Source: Candidatus Altimarinota bacterium (GTDB lineage Bacteria; Patescibacteriota; Gracilibacteria; UBA1369; GCA-2718715). From it: a stretch of 64,000 nucleotides of DNA. Shown in pieces: positions 29,403-39,688 of this stretch. Under the pieces are notes generated by a model that had not been told where the DNA came from, did not search any database, and saw only the letters and a list, made by a program, of their open reading frames with translations. A program made the translations under genes and the position numbers. Positions within the stretch are counted from its first letter, which is position 1; the number at the start of each line of letters is the position of its first letter. The stretch is taken from positions 768,001-832,000 of the forward strand of contig JBESAV010000001.1 of NCBI GenBank assembly GCA_041242255.1, written 5' to 3'.

Positions 29403-31442
29403 TCAATAAACCACCTCCGCCTCATCATCAACTAAAAACTTTCTCAAACCTACATATTCCTCTAAACCAGGATCAACCTCTAAAACTTTTTCTGCCGCCT
29501 CCCGAGCCTTGTGAACCAGCTCTTGATCAGACAAAGAAGCCATCTTTAAATCAGGTATACCACTTTGCCTTACACCATAAACCTCACCTGGCCCTCTCAA
29601 TTCCAAATCAATTTCAGCTAACTTAAAACCATCCGTATAGTCCACCATTGCTTTCATACGCTTACGACAACTCTCCGAATTAGACTCAGGAAACAAGAAA
29701 CAATAAGATTGATGCTCACCTCTACCTACTCGCCCTCTCAACTGATGCAGCTGAGCCAAACCAAACCTCTCCGAAGCCTCAATCACAATAATAGAGGCAT
29801 TTGGAACATCTATACCAACCTCAATTACAGTAGTAGAAACCAATATATCCAACTCACCATCCGAAAACTTAGTCATCACCTCATCTTTCTCAGATTGCTT
29901 CATTTTCCCGTGCAATAAACCCAATCTTAAATCTTTAAAAACATCACTCTGCAACCTTTCAAATTCAGAAACAGCCGACTTAACCTCCAAGGTCTCTGAC
30001 TCTTCCACAAGCGGACACACAACATACACCTGCCTCCCCTGACGTACTTGCTCTTCTATCCAAAGATAAGCATCTTTCCTCTTAGAAGGAGGAACTCTTC
30101 TAGTTACTATCTCCTTACGACCAGCCGGCTTCTCATCGATAATTGAAAGATCTTGATCACCATATAAAGTCAAAGCCAAAGTTCTAGGAATTGGTGTCGC
30201 CGTCATACTCAGCATATGAGGAGACCCGAAACTCCTTAAAACCGCCCTTTGATTAACTCCAAACCTATGCTGTTCATCTACAACTGCTATACCAAGATTC
30301 TTAAAACCAACCTTATCCTGCACTAATGCATGAGTCCCCACAACAATATCAACCAACCCATTCTTCATGCCATTCACAACCTCTTCTTTCTGCTTCTTAG
30401 TCAAAGACCCAACCAATAGCTGAATATTGAAACCAAACTCTCCCAAAATTTTCAAAAAACCCTGGAAGTGCTGCTTAGCCAAAATCTCAGTTGGCACCAT
30501 AATTGCCGCCTGATAACCAGATTTAACCGCCGCAAAAATAGCTCCTCCTGCCACAACTGTCTTACCAGAACCCACGTCACCTTCCAACAATCTAGACATC
30601 GACTGCCCCTTACTCATATCAGAAAGTATCTCGCTCAACGAACGCTTCTGCGCACCAGTTAAGTCAAAAGGCAATGACCCCAAGTACTCATCCAAAATAT
30701 CTTTAGATACATCCACAACCTTACCAGAATCTACACTCAACTTCTTAATCTCTTCTTTCCTAGCCAAAGCTCTTAACTGTATCTGAAACAACTCTTCAAA
30801 CCCCAATCTTCCACGCGCCTCTAGCAACTCCTCGTGACTTTCCGGAAAATGAATCTGCCTGACCGCTTTAGCTAAACTTATCAGATTATGCTCCTCAATA
30901 ATATCTTCAGGCAAAGGATCTTCTAAAAACTGCGTCATATACATCAAAGGCCACAACTTCTCACGCAACCATTTCGAGCTAATCCTTCCACTCTCATGAT
31001 AAACAGGTACAAGTCTTCCAGCATGCAAAAGCTCCTGACCTTTCTTAGGAATCTCATAAGTCGGGCTCATCATAACCGCTTTAGAACCACTCCATTTTAT
31101 CTTACCAGTAAGAATAATCTCCATCCCATCTTTCAAAACTCGCTTTAAATAAGATTGGTTAAACCACATCACATCAGCAGTTCCTGTAGCATCTTTAATT
31201 CGACCCCTAGTCATACTTTTTCCATTTCTAGTCCGCGTCGTATATACATTCTCCAAAATCACCCTAACAGTAACTGAATCCTTAGTACTTAAGTCACATA
31301 TCTTCCCAAAATCAGACTCATCACTATATCTCCACGGAAAATTCATCAACAAATCATATACACTTGAAATCCCCATTTCCCTCAAAGCTTTCAAGTAAGC
31401 ACCATTCGTACGAATCACATCTTTAAGTGGCTTATTTAACAT
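29403..31442 (-). CDS. recG: ATP-dependent DNA helicase RecG
   Basis: EGDVGSGKT, DEQHRFG, MTATPIPR, QLHQLRGRVGRG, DLELRGPG. Confidence 0.97.
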   Translation of the reverse strand: MLNKPLKDVIRTNGAYLKALREMGISSVYDLLMNFPWRYSDESDFGKICDLSTKDSVTVRVILENVYTTRTRNGKSMTRGRIKDATGTADVMWFNQSYLKRVLKDGMEIILTGKIKWSGSKAVMMSPTYEIPKKGQELLHAGRLVPVYHESGRISSKWLREKLWPLMYMTQFLEDPLPEDIIEEHNLISLAKAVRQIHFPESHEELLEARGRLGFEELFQIQLRALARKEEIKKLSVDSGKVVDVSKDILDEYLGSLPFDLTGAQKRSLSEILSDMSKGQSMSRLLEGDVGSGKTVVAGGAIFAAVKSGYQAAIMVPTEILAKQHFQGFLKILGEFGFNIQLLVGSLTKKQKEEVVNGMKNGLVDIVVGTHALVQDKVGFKNLGIAVVDEQHRFGVNQRAVLRSFGSPHMLSMTATPIPRTLALTLYGDQDLSIIDEKPAGRKEIVTRRVPPSKRKDAYLWIEEQVRQGRQVYVVCPLVEESETLEVKSAVSEFERLQSDVFKDLRLGLLHGKMKQSEKDEVMTKFSDGELDILVSTTVIEVGIDVPNASIIVIEASERFGLAQLHQLRGRVGRGEHQSYCFLFPESNSESCRKRMKAMVDYTDGFKLAEIDLELRGPGEVYGVRQSGIPDLKMASLSDQELVHKAREAAEKVLEVDPGLEEYVGLRKFLVDDEAEVVY

Positions 31443-31488
31443 TCAGAAACTTAAATCATAACTATATTACCAAATGGTGAGTGTACGC

Positions 31489-32283
31489 TCAAGCCAAAGA
31501 ATCAGCTCTATCCCTGTACCTATCTATCACCCTAAAAACCTCTTCCACCACATCCTGCTTATACTCAGCCATAGATTCAAATTCACCTGAATCCAACCCA
31601 CAAAACTTAGCTTCAACAACCTCCACACCATCTGGTACAAATACAAAATCATGATCCACAAATAACGCATAAAAATGATACTGCTTCCATTCCCACTCTT
31701 TCCTTGTACCATTCTCAAATTCATCAACTTTAACATCTCTACCAAAAGGGATCATCCGTCTAACACAACTCTCAACAGGAGTAATAGTATATCCTCCATG
31801 TACTGCCAACTCCTCTCTCAACTCTCGGCCCAAAGCATTTACTGCAGACTCAAGCTCACCCTCTTTATCAATCATTCCACCCTGAGGCAAACTCCAGTTC
31901 TCAGCAAAACCATTTGAAACAAGCAAAACCTCATTTAATGGGTTAAAAAGTATTGCAACCACGGTTGGTCTAGCTGCATTTGTAGTCTTTTCATAAGCCT
32001 TTCTAGCTTCATAATTATGAGACACATCAATCATTAAATTATCCAACCTAAAAGCAGAATGCTCTTCTAAAAATGATTCAACCTCATCACCTAAATCACC
32101 AATAAATTTCTCACCATTAATCCTAATACTAAAACCACTTTCACCAACCTCTTCAAATTCCAAAAAACGTAAAACATTACCATCATCCACAAAATCAATA
32201 TCACCCTGTTTACTGCTTAAATAGTCACCAAAAGTTTCATCCTTAATCCTCAAACTCTTTAAACCAATATTTTTTAATTTCAT
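31489..32283 (-). CDS. Nudix hydrolase (RppH-like) with N-terminal extension
   Basis: RPTVVAILFN, WSLPQGG...ESAVNALGRELREEL, KQYHFY. Confidence 0.75.
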   Translation of the reverse strand: MKLKNIGLKSLRIKDETFGDYLSSKQGDIDFVDDGNVLRFLEFEEVGESGFSIRINGEKFIGDLGDEVESFLEEHSAFRLDNLMIDVSHNYEARKAYEKTTNAARPTVVAILFNPLNEVLLVSNGFAENWSLPQGGMIDKEGELESAVNALGRELREELAVHGGYTITPVESCVRRMIPFGRDVKVDEFENGTRKEWEWKQYHFYALFVDHDFVFVPDGVEVVEAKFCGLDSGEFESMAEYKQDVVEEVFRVIDRYRDRADSLA

Positions 32284-32286
32284 CCT

Positions 32287-32745
32287 TTACTCAAATGTTA
32301 GATATCCCCCCAAGTCAAAAGCCCTATCCATAAGCTCAGATTGCAAATCACTCTCCTCGTTCAACAAATTACCAAAACTAAAAAGAAACTCACTATCTTC
32401 ACTTCTAGAAACATGAGGCAAATTACTCAAGTTAGCCTGAACCAAATCTCTTTCATGAACATTCAAAACAGCTACAACCTCACCTTCAGATATAAACTCT
32501 ACTCTCTTAACAGTTCCGAACTGATTCGACCCATCCAATTCAACAACCTCAGATTCATACCCCTCCATCGCATCTGGAAGCCTTAAACTAATATCATAGT
32601 CAGTATTCGTATACCAAACAGCTATCTCACCATTATCGACAAACATACTAGTTTCGTCAGTCACTCCATCTGAACTTTCATCTGAAAACCAATTACAACC
32701 AGCTAAAGATACAATAACCAAACTTAATAATAAAAACTTTTTCAT
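32287..32745 (-). CDS. Lipoprotein of unknown function
   Basis: MKKFLLLSLVIVSLAGC lipobox. Confidence 0.75.
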   Translation of the reverse strand: MKKFLLLSLVIVSLAGCNWFSDESSDGVTDETSMFVDNGEIAVWYTNTDYDISLRLPDAMEGYESEVVELDGSNQFGTVKRVEFISEGEVVAVLNVHERDLVQANLSNLPHVSRSEDSEFLFSFGNLLNEESDLQSELMDRAFDLGGYLTFE

Positions 32746-32752
32746 AATAAAA

Positions 32753-34645
32753 TTATTTAATAATTACTTTTACAAATTTCCTCTTACCGACACGTAACAC
32801 AAACTCTCCCTTTTCATCAAAAGAAAAATTCACATCCTTAACCTGCTCTTCATCCAACCTCACACCTCCTTGCTTTATCAACCTCCTAGCCTCACCACCG
32901 GACTTCACAAAATCATTCTCACGCATAAAATCAATCAAACCACATCCCTTATCAACTTTCACTTCAGGCATATCCTCAGGCTCATCACCCTCTTGGAAAA
33001 CTTTTACAAAGTGATCCCGAGCTCTATCAGCATCTTTCGCAGAATCATAAAGCTCAACAACCTTCCATGCTAATTCCATTTTCAGATCTCTAGGATTAAC
33101 CTCAGGATCATCCAGCTGAACCTTAATACGATTCAACTCCTCTCTTGAAACCATGGTAGACACAGAGTAATAAGTTAAAATCGCAGAATCAGGAATCGAC
33201 ATAATCTTTCCAAATTTATCTTCAGGCTTATCATCAAAGGCAATAAAATTCCCTAAACTCTTCCCCATCTTCTGAGTTCCATCTGTCCCGACCAAAAGCT
33301 CCATCGCAATCAAGTCTTGCGGCCTCATACCTTCATTCTCCATCAAAGGACGCGCCTGTAACTCATTAAAAGTCTGATCATTACCAATAACAGTTAAATC
33401 AGTTTTCAACACAACAGAATCATACCCTTGCAATAAAGGATAAACTAACTCATGCAGTCCAATCCCCTTACCATCCTCAATCCGCTTCTGAAACATATCT
33501 CTCTCCAACATACGAGCTACAGTTGTTTGCCCAAGCAATCTGATAAAATCATCTACACTCATTTCATCATACCAATCTCCATTATAAACAATCTCTATAT
33601 TATTCTCAGTATCTAAAATCCTTGAAACCATATTCAAGTATTCCTTAGCATTTTCTTTTACTTCCTCTTTGGTAAGTAGCTTTCTTGAATCAGACTTATC
33701 AGTCGGATCTCCAAGCCTAGCCGTAAAACTTCCAATCAAAAAGACAATAGTATGGCCCCTTTTCTGAAACTCCCTCATTTTTATATAATTCACCCCATGC
33801 CCGATATGCAACATTGAACCAGTAGGATCTACACCATGTTTAATTCTTAACTTTTCTCCATCAATCAACCGTGCCATCAAATTATCCTTTACCAAAACAT
33901 TTGCTACACCTCTCTCAAGCAGATCAGAATAATCTTTATATCTATCCCTACGTGCAACTGCTTCTTCAGACAAATTCATTGCACCTTCTTGAGAGTTCTC
34001 ATTTAAAACTTGATACTGAAAGTTATCAAATTCAAAGAAATCACCTAAGTGACTTTCAAAATCTTTAATTAACTTAGCCACCTTATCAGCAGAGCCATTA
34101 AATTCAATTCTAAACAAAACATTCTTTGTGGTTTCTCTTATCTTTTGCTCATCTGACTGCTTACAAACCCATCCATTGCAAAGCACTTCATTTTCATCAG
34201 CAAAAACAACTCCATCTTCTAATTCAATGTATTTATCTTTATTTAATTGTCTAAACTTATCTCCTTTTATAGCATTACGTAATTCCAATTTTTCCCCCAA
34301 TCTATCCAGATCATAACCACCAAGACAGATTAAATTTTCATATCCGAACAAATTATAAACATCAATTATTGGATTCCTTAAATACAAACTCTTCCCTCTA
34401 ACAACTAGATCACCCAAAGACTCCAAAGATGGCTTATCATTACTAAGTCCAAAAAGATCCATAGCTTTTTTATATTCTGAAATCTCTTTACTATTATCTC
34501 TTTTTCTAAAAGATTCTTCAGCTTTAAGAAATTTTTCTTCTAATTCACTATCATCAACTTTCAATTTCATATTCTCCGCAACCACAAAAACGCTCTGTAA
34601 AGCCGGATGCTTCTGCAGTAACTCAGGAGATAAATGTAATTTCAT
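32753..34645 (-). CDS. tyrS: Tyrosyl-tRNA synthetase with N-terminal B3/4 domain fusion
   Basis: GVDPTG..LHIGH, YPLLQGYD, KMGKS, C-terminal S4; first ~215 aa carry B3/4 motifs (PSLESL, NPIIDVYN, GGYDLD, FADE, TKNVLF). Confidence 0.93.
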   Translation of the reverse strand: MKLHLSPELLQKHPALQSVFVVAENMKLKVDDSELEEKFLKAEESFRKRDNSKEISEYKKAMDLFGLSNDKPSLESLGDLVVRGKSLYLRNPIIDVYNLFGYENLICLGGYDLDRLGEKLELRNAIKGDKFRQLNKDKYIELEDGVVFADENEVLCNGWVCKQSDEQKIRETTKNVLFRIEFNGSADKVAKLIKDFESHLGDFFEFDNFQYQVLNENSQEGAMNLSEEAVARRDRYKDYSDLLERGVANVLVKDNLMARLIDGEKLRIKHGVDPTGSMLHIGHGVNYIKMREFQKRGHTIVFLIGSFTARLGDPTDKSDSRKLLTKEEVKENAKEYLNMVSRILDTENNIEIVYNGDWYDEMSVDDFIRLLGQTTVARMLERDMFQKRIEDGKGIGLHELVYPLLQGYDSVVLKTDLTVIGNDQTFNELQARPLMENEGMRPQDLIAMELLVGTDGTQKMGKSLGNFIAFDDKPEDKFGKIMSIPDSAILTYYSVSTMVSREELNRIKVQLDDPEVNPRDLKMELAWKVVELYDSAKDADRARDHFVKVFQEGDEPEDMPEVKVDKGCGLIDFMRENDFVKSGGEARRLIKQGGVRLDEEQVKDVNFSFDEKGEFVLRVGKRKFVKVIIK

Positions 34646-34767
34646 ATAAATACTTAAACTTACTAGACATAACTTACCTTAAAAAACCTAAAATATGAAG
34701 ACATCTACAACTGAAATAGATTGTAAAAAAGGCAATTTTCTCCTAAATTAAACCTATAAAAAAACTG

Positions 34768-35790
34768 ATGAACAAAACTCCAAAAGTAACCCTTGGTATA
34801 ATCTCCTACAAGGATATTCCTTATTTAGAAATATCCTTACCACTACTTTTAAAACAGAACTATTCCAACTACGAGATAATTATCTGCGACAATAACCCTG
34901 ACCAAAAGACAACCCATTGGATCAAAAGAAATTTCCCAGAAATAAAAGTTATAAACAAAGATGGCAACATTGGCTTTTCTAAAGGCCATAATAAGATTAT
35001 CAATCAGGCTATAAAGTCAAAGTCTGATTATTACATTGCCTACAACTCAGACATATTCCCATCACCAGATCTCATCCAAAACCTATCTAAATCAATCCAT
35101 CAATCAAAAAACACAGCCATAGTTAGCCCCAAACTCCTCCAATGGAGAAACTTCCCTAATGATCCCACCAAACAAGACCAACAATTCATTGACACAACAG
35201 GTCTGGTTGCAAACCTCAACCATACTTTCCAAGAAAGAGGCTTCAACCAATTAGACAAACAACAATTTGATCAAAAAACAAACATCTGGGGAGCCTCAGG
35301 AGCCTGCCCAATTTTTGACCTAAAACTTATCCAAGAAATCCAATACAACCAACAAACCTTTGATGAAAACTTCTTTATGTACAAAGAAGACATCGACCTT
35401 TCTTACCGAATTAGATGGAATGGCTATAAGGTTAAGTTTTGCCCTCAAGCCGTTGCCTGGCACAACCGAACAGGAAAAGACCCAGGAAACTTATTTAAAC
35501 AAATCCAAGAAAGGAGAAAAAGACCAAAATACATAGTCACAAATTCATTCTTAAACCACCTCCAACTATTCTATAAAAATTATGATAAAAACTTTACAAT
35601 ATCTACAAAGTTAAAGATCTACACTTCCTTATCTAAATACTTTCTTTATGTGCTTATATTCTCACCTTCAACTCTCTTGCAACTCAAAAAATTCTTCAAA
35701 TTAATACCTGACATCAAAAAAAGAAAACAAAATATTAAAAAAGCTATTAGCACTCAAGACATGGAATCTCTCATAAAAACCCTAAAATAA
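34768..35790 (+). CDS. Glycosyltransferase family 2
   Basis: ICDN, NIGFSKGHN, YNSD, FDENFFMYKEDIDLSYR. Confidence 0.92.
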   Translation: MNKTPKVTLGIISYKDIPYLEISLPLLLKQNYSNYEIIICDNNPDQKTTHWIKRNFPEIKVINKDGNIGFSKGHNKIINQAIKSKSDYYIAYNSDIFPSPDLIQNLSKSIHQSKNTAIVSPKLLQWRNFPNDPTKQDQQFIDTTGLVANLNHTFQERGFNQLDKQQFDQKTNIWGASGACPIFDLKLIQEIQYNQQTFDENFFMYKEDIDLSYRIRWNGYKVKFCPQAVAWHNRTGKDPGNLFKQIQERRKRPKYIVTNSFLNHLQLFYKNYDKNFTISTKLKIYTSLSKYFLYVLIFSPSTLLQLKKFFKLIPDIKKRKQNIKKAISTQDMESLIKTLK

Positions 35791-36641
35791 TGAAAGCCAA
35801 AAACTTAGCCATCATAATACTACAGCACAATACACCTGAGCATGTCAGCAACAACTTAGCAAAGCTCCAACAAGCTGAACTTCCAGAAAACACTGAAATT
35901 ATTGTTGTAAACAACGGAGGAAACCAAGCTAACCAGAAAGTTAAATCAGAATCTTACAACCAACTAAATGTAAAATTCTTCGATACTCCAAACCACGGGT
36001 TCCCTGCCGGAAATAACTTTGGAATGGAACAACTCCAAAACCCTATCTCAAAGTATGATTTTATTGCTTTCATTAATCCAGATATTCAAATCCAACCTAA
36101 AACCCTAAAACACCTTATTGAATATATGGAAGCAAAACCAAATGTAGGAATAACTTCACCAAAACTAGTTTACCCAGATGGAGTCGTACAAGACAACTAT
36201 AGAGTATTTCCAAAACCACTTGATCTTGTAATCAAACGTGTACCTTTCCTAAGAAAAAGATTTACAAATAGAATGCGTAAATACCTTATGTGGGACCGTA
36301 AAACTAACTCCAACCAAGCAGTAGATTGGGTTACAGGAGCCTTTACATTATTCTCAAGCAAATGCCTACAATCAGTTGGTGAACACAACCAAAAAGATTA
36401 CTTTCTTTTCATGTCTGATGTAGAAATATGTCGCAAAGCATGGGAAGAAGGATACGAAGTACATATAGTAGGCTCAACTAAAGCACTCCACAACGACCAA
36501 AGAGTTTCTTCTGGTGGCATGAAAGACATATTCACAAAAAAAATTATAAGAATTCACATTTGGGACAGTATAAAGTATTTTGCAAAAAATATATTCAAAC
36601 CTCTACCAAAAAACGCTCCTTCTAACCAAACAAACTCATGA
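35790..36641 (+). CDS. Glycosyltransferase family 2 (rhamnosyltransferase-like)
   Basis: NHGFPAGNN, INPD, VDWVTGA, YFLFMSDVEIC. Confidence 0.9.
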   Translation: MKAKNLAIIILQHNTPEHVSNNLAKLQQAELPENTEIIVVNNGGNQANQKVKSESYNQLNVKFFDTPNHGFPAGNNFGMEQLQNPISKYDFIAFINPDIQIQPKTLKHLIEYMEAKPNVGITSPKLVYPDGVVQDNYRVFPKPLDLVIKRVPFLRKRFTNRMRKYLMWDRKTNSNQAVDWVTGAFTLFSSKCLQSVGEHNQKDYFLFMSDVEICRKAWEEGYEVHIVGSTKALHNDQRVSSGGMKDIFTKKIIRIHIWDSIKYFAKNIFKPLPKNAPSNQTNS

Positions 36642-37573
36642 AAATCAAAATCAACTCAGAACAATCCAACCAAAGAATTGATGCCTTCCTATCAAGCCTC
36701 ATACCCGAAAAAAGCCGTTCTCAAATCCAAAAACTAATCAAAGATGAACTAGTTCTCATCAACAACACCTCAACCAAAAAAAATTACCAACTACAAGAAA
36801 ACGACACTTTAGAAATCCTAGAAGTACCAAAGACTAAAAACCCTCTAAAACCAATCAAGAAGCCACTTGATATAATTTTTGAAAACGATGACATCTTAGT
36901 TATAAATAAACCAGCCAACTTGAGCGTTCATCAAGATATTCAAGGACACCAAAAAGAAACCCTGATTAACTGGCTACTAGGAAACGATATCACACTAAGC
37001 TCTATAGGTGGAATTCATCGACCAGGTATAGTACACAGACTTGATAAAGACACTTCAGGCGTACTCATAATCGCCAAAAACGATAAAACCCACCACTTTC
37101 TCCAACAACAATTCGCCGACCGAGCAGTCGACAAAACCTACTTAACCCTAGTTGACGGAACACCACCAACCAAAACAGGAACAATCAACTCACCTATAAC
37201 TCGTGACCTGGTAGACCGTAAAAAAATGAAAGTCAGTTCATCAAGTAAAGCTCGCCCATCAGTCACACATTTCAAAACAATCCAAACTTATCACGTTCCC
37301 AATTCAACAAAGAAATGTTCACTCCTTAAAGTACAAATCGAAACTGGCCGAACCCATCAGATCAGAGTCCACATGGCCTCAATCGGACATCCAGTTATAG
37401 GAGATGACAAATACGGCTCAACTAAAATCAACCAACTTTTCAAACCACTTGGCCTAAAAAGACAATTCTTACACGCCCACAAGCTTAAACTAAAAATAAA
37501 CAATTCAGAAAATAAATCATTTACATCTGAACTACCAACAGACCTTCAGTCAGTCCTTGAAAAACTTAACTAG
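36638..37573 (+). CDS. rluD: RluA/RluD family pseudouridine synthase with S4 domain
   Basis: RPGIVHRLDKDTSG, TGRTHQIRVH, GHPVIGD, RQFLHA. Confidence 0.93.
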   Translation: MKIKINSEQSNQRIDAFLSSLIPEKSRSQIQKLIKDELVLINNTSTKKNYQLQENDTLEILEVPKTKNPLKPIKKPLDIIFENDDILVINKPANLSVHQDIQGHQKETLINWLLGNDITLSSIGGIHRPGIVHRLDKDTSGVLIIAKNDKTHHFLQQQFADRAVDKTYLTLVDGTPPTKTGTINSPITRDLVDRKKMKVSSSSKARPSVTHFKTIQTYHVPNSTKKCSLLKVQIETGRTHQIRVHMASIGHPVIGDDKYGSTKINQLFKPLGLKRQFLHAHKLKLKINNSENKSFTSELPTDLQSVLEKLN

Positions 37574-37905
37574 TCAGTAATAAACTCTTTGGCAATTAAA
37601 AATTTATAAACCATAATAATTAGATTATCCCTATTTTTAAGAGGCAATGAGTATTCATCATTCACTAAGATATAAAGATAACGCATAAACTTTTCGTCTA
37701 TCAAGCATTTCTCTACTCCCCTCTTAATGTAAGCCACATATGAAGGAACAACCTTCTTTTTTTTATTTGGGAGATCATCCATACCCCTCTCCACAAAACC
37801 TTGAATAGCTAACCCCATTTTTTTTATCCGGTCTGAATGAAACTCATAACTATCGCCTTCAAATTCATATCCAAAATAGTCTGGATCAATTGCTAACTTT
37901 GCCAT
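37570..37905 (-). CDS. Hypothetical protein (last gene of orphan locus)
   Basis: 111-aa ORF with minus-strand codon bias and its own promoter-like signal. Confidence 0.7.
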   Translation of the reverse strand: MAKLAIDPDYFGYEFEGDSYEFHSDRIKKMGLAIQGFVERGMDDLPNKKKKVVPSYVAYIKRGVEKCLIDEKFMRYLYILVNDEYSLPLKNRDNLIIMVYKFLIAKEFITD

Positions 37906-37927
37906 TTTTCAAATATTAATTTTTTAA

Positions 37928-37955
37928 AAAATAACAAAAACTCTAAATCTGTCAA
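37928..37955 (-). promoter_or_regulatory. sigma70-like promoter TTGACA-N16-TATTTT (extended -10)
   Basis: Minus strand cTTGACA gatttagagtttttgt TATTTT, 22 nt before the ATG at 37905. Confidence 0.6.
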
Positions 37956-37956
37956 G

Positions 37957-38754
37957 CTACAAGCTAATTATACTAGAATGATACTTTTGACTTATTTTAC
38001 TTATCAAAAGCTCCCTAAATTCGTCATTCACCATAAGCACTCCACCAGAAGATAAAAATTTTAGAATCAATCCTAGAGCCTTAAGTCTTACTTCATTAAA
38101 AGACACTTCAATAACTAAAGTCTCTAAACAATACATATGATCTACAACTTCAGACAATACAACTCCAAAATCATGTTCATTTAAATGACATTTAAACTCC
38201 AGTCTTTTTAAATGAGTATTGTTTCTAGCAAAAGCAGAAAAGTGCGCTACATCTCCAAAGATATCTTCATAAGGTGACACATCGCCAAACACGAAACTTT
38301 CTTGCGAAGGTAACACCCTTATATTTTCCAACATCCCCCACCTAAATCTTGTAAGATCAACCTCTGTATCATCGTTACTATGCAGCAATTCTATATTATT
38401 ATACTTAGCAAATGCCATCATTATCTCCCAAAAGTGATTAGGAATATCCATATTCACAAATGAAACCTTCTTTAAAAAACGCATGTAAGGATTAGAAATC
38501 GTAAACCCTAAAAAGTTAACTTCAAATCTACATTTATTAAACTCAATCTCTCGAACTCCATTACTAATCATAAAAGAAAGAACACGTACAATATCCTCAT
38601 TTATAAAGCTACAATCAACAAACTTAACCACACTTACAGACTCAAGACTATCGCCTAGATTATCAACCACTTCTTCATAAAACTTCAAATCAGATACTTC
38701 TATAGAGCTACCTAATTCTATTATATCTTTATTATGAAACTCTTTCGATTCCAT
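37957..38754 (-). CDS. Hypothetical protein with degenerate LRR/RNI-like repeats
   Basis: Repeated beta-strand units VSVVKFVDCSF, VREIEFNKCRF, LKKVSFVNMDI, LKRLEFKCHL, LETLVIEVSF alternating with helices. Confidence 0.5.
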   Translation of the reverse strand: MESKEFHNKDIIELGSSIEVSDLKFYEEVVDNLGDSLESVSVVKFVDCSFINEDIVRVLSFMISNGVREIEFNKCRFEVNFLGFTISNPYMRFLKKVSFVNMDIPNHFWEIMMAFAKYNNIELLHSNDDTEVDLTRFRWGMLENIRVLPSQESFVFGDVSPYEDIFGDVAHFSAFARNNTHLKRLEFKCHLNEHDFGVVLSEVVDHMYCLETLVIEVSFNEVRLKALGLILKFLSSGGVLMVNDEFRELLISKISQKYHSSIISL

Positions 38755-39688
38755 CTTGTGTATTAAATTTAAACACCTCTACTCGATATTTATCATTATA
38801 TTTCTGGAAAACATCCATCAAAATATTATACTCTTCTTCTGAATACTCAACCAAGATTGGCTCTAATGTAGTTTCATAATTTAGGTACAATAAATTCTCA
38901 AAAAGATGATCAAGATAAACTTTATCACATGACAAACTTGACCCTGAAAAATTAACATTTACTCTACCAAAAAACTCATACCTTATATGTGATGTTCCTG
39001 TACTAGACTTTTGAACAACAACTCCCTCTGGAAACAACCCTATAAAACGCTTCAATCGCCTAGGAGAAAGCACCACACCACTAATACAATCAACATCCTC
39101 CAGGGTAAACTTCCCTATACCAGCATCAGCTTCTAAATCAAAATCACACCCAAAACTCTTATTGAGATAAGTAAACAACTTATCTTTAGCTTCATCGTTA
39201 GCAAATTCCAAAACATTAACAACACCATTCAAATACTCAGCAATTTTCAACCTATCCGATGCAGTAAATTTATCTATTGGAAACCCATCCATTACTAATA
39301 TAATTTCATCAATATTATAAACTTCTAACCTACTACCCTGAAAATTAGTCAAAAACTCATAAACACCACCTGGCCTTAGGAATAGAATTTCACCCTCAAC
39401 ATATTTTCTTTCTGAAATAGGCTCTGAAGAATCACCTACAGAAGCAACTACTTCAACTTTTTCGATTACTCTCTCTACTACAGACTCTATAATTTTTTCT
39501 TCATCTTCACTCTCTAGAATAACATCAAGATACATCTTCAAAACTTCGAGGTGAAGACTCTCACTTAAAAGATCAAACCAAAAGTCAACATCAACACCTA
39601 ATAATCTTTCTTCAATATAAGCATCATCATTTCCACTCAACTCATTTGCCAACAAATCTGACATCTGACTTATAAATAATTTTTTCAT
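38732..39688 (-). CDS. Hypothetical acidic protein containing a HicA-like domain
   Basis: aa ~206-266 LSPRRLKRFIGLF..GVVV...GTSHIRYEFFG..VNF......DK resembles the HicA alpha-beta3-alpha pattern. Confidence 0.5.
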   Translation of the reverse strand: MKKLFISQMSDLLANELSGNDDAYIEERLLGVDVDFWFDLLSESLHLEVLKMYLDVILESEDEEKIIESVVERVIEKVEVVASVGDSSEPISERKYVEGEILFLRPGGVYEFLTNFQGSRLEVYNIDEIILVMDGFPIDKFTASDRLKIAEYLNGVVNVLEFANDEAKDKLFTYLNKSFGCDFDLEADAGIGKFTLEDVDCISGVVLSPRRLKRFIGLFPEGVVVQKSSTGTSHIRYEFFGRVNVNFSGSSLSCDKVYLDHLFENLLYLNYETTLEPILVEYSEEEYNILMDVFQKYNDKYRVEVFKFNTQDGIERVS

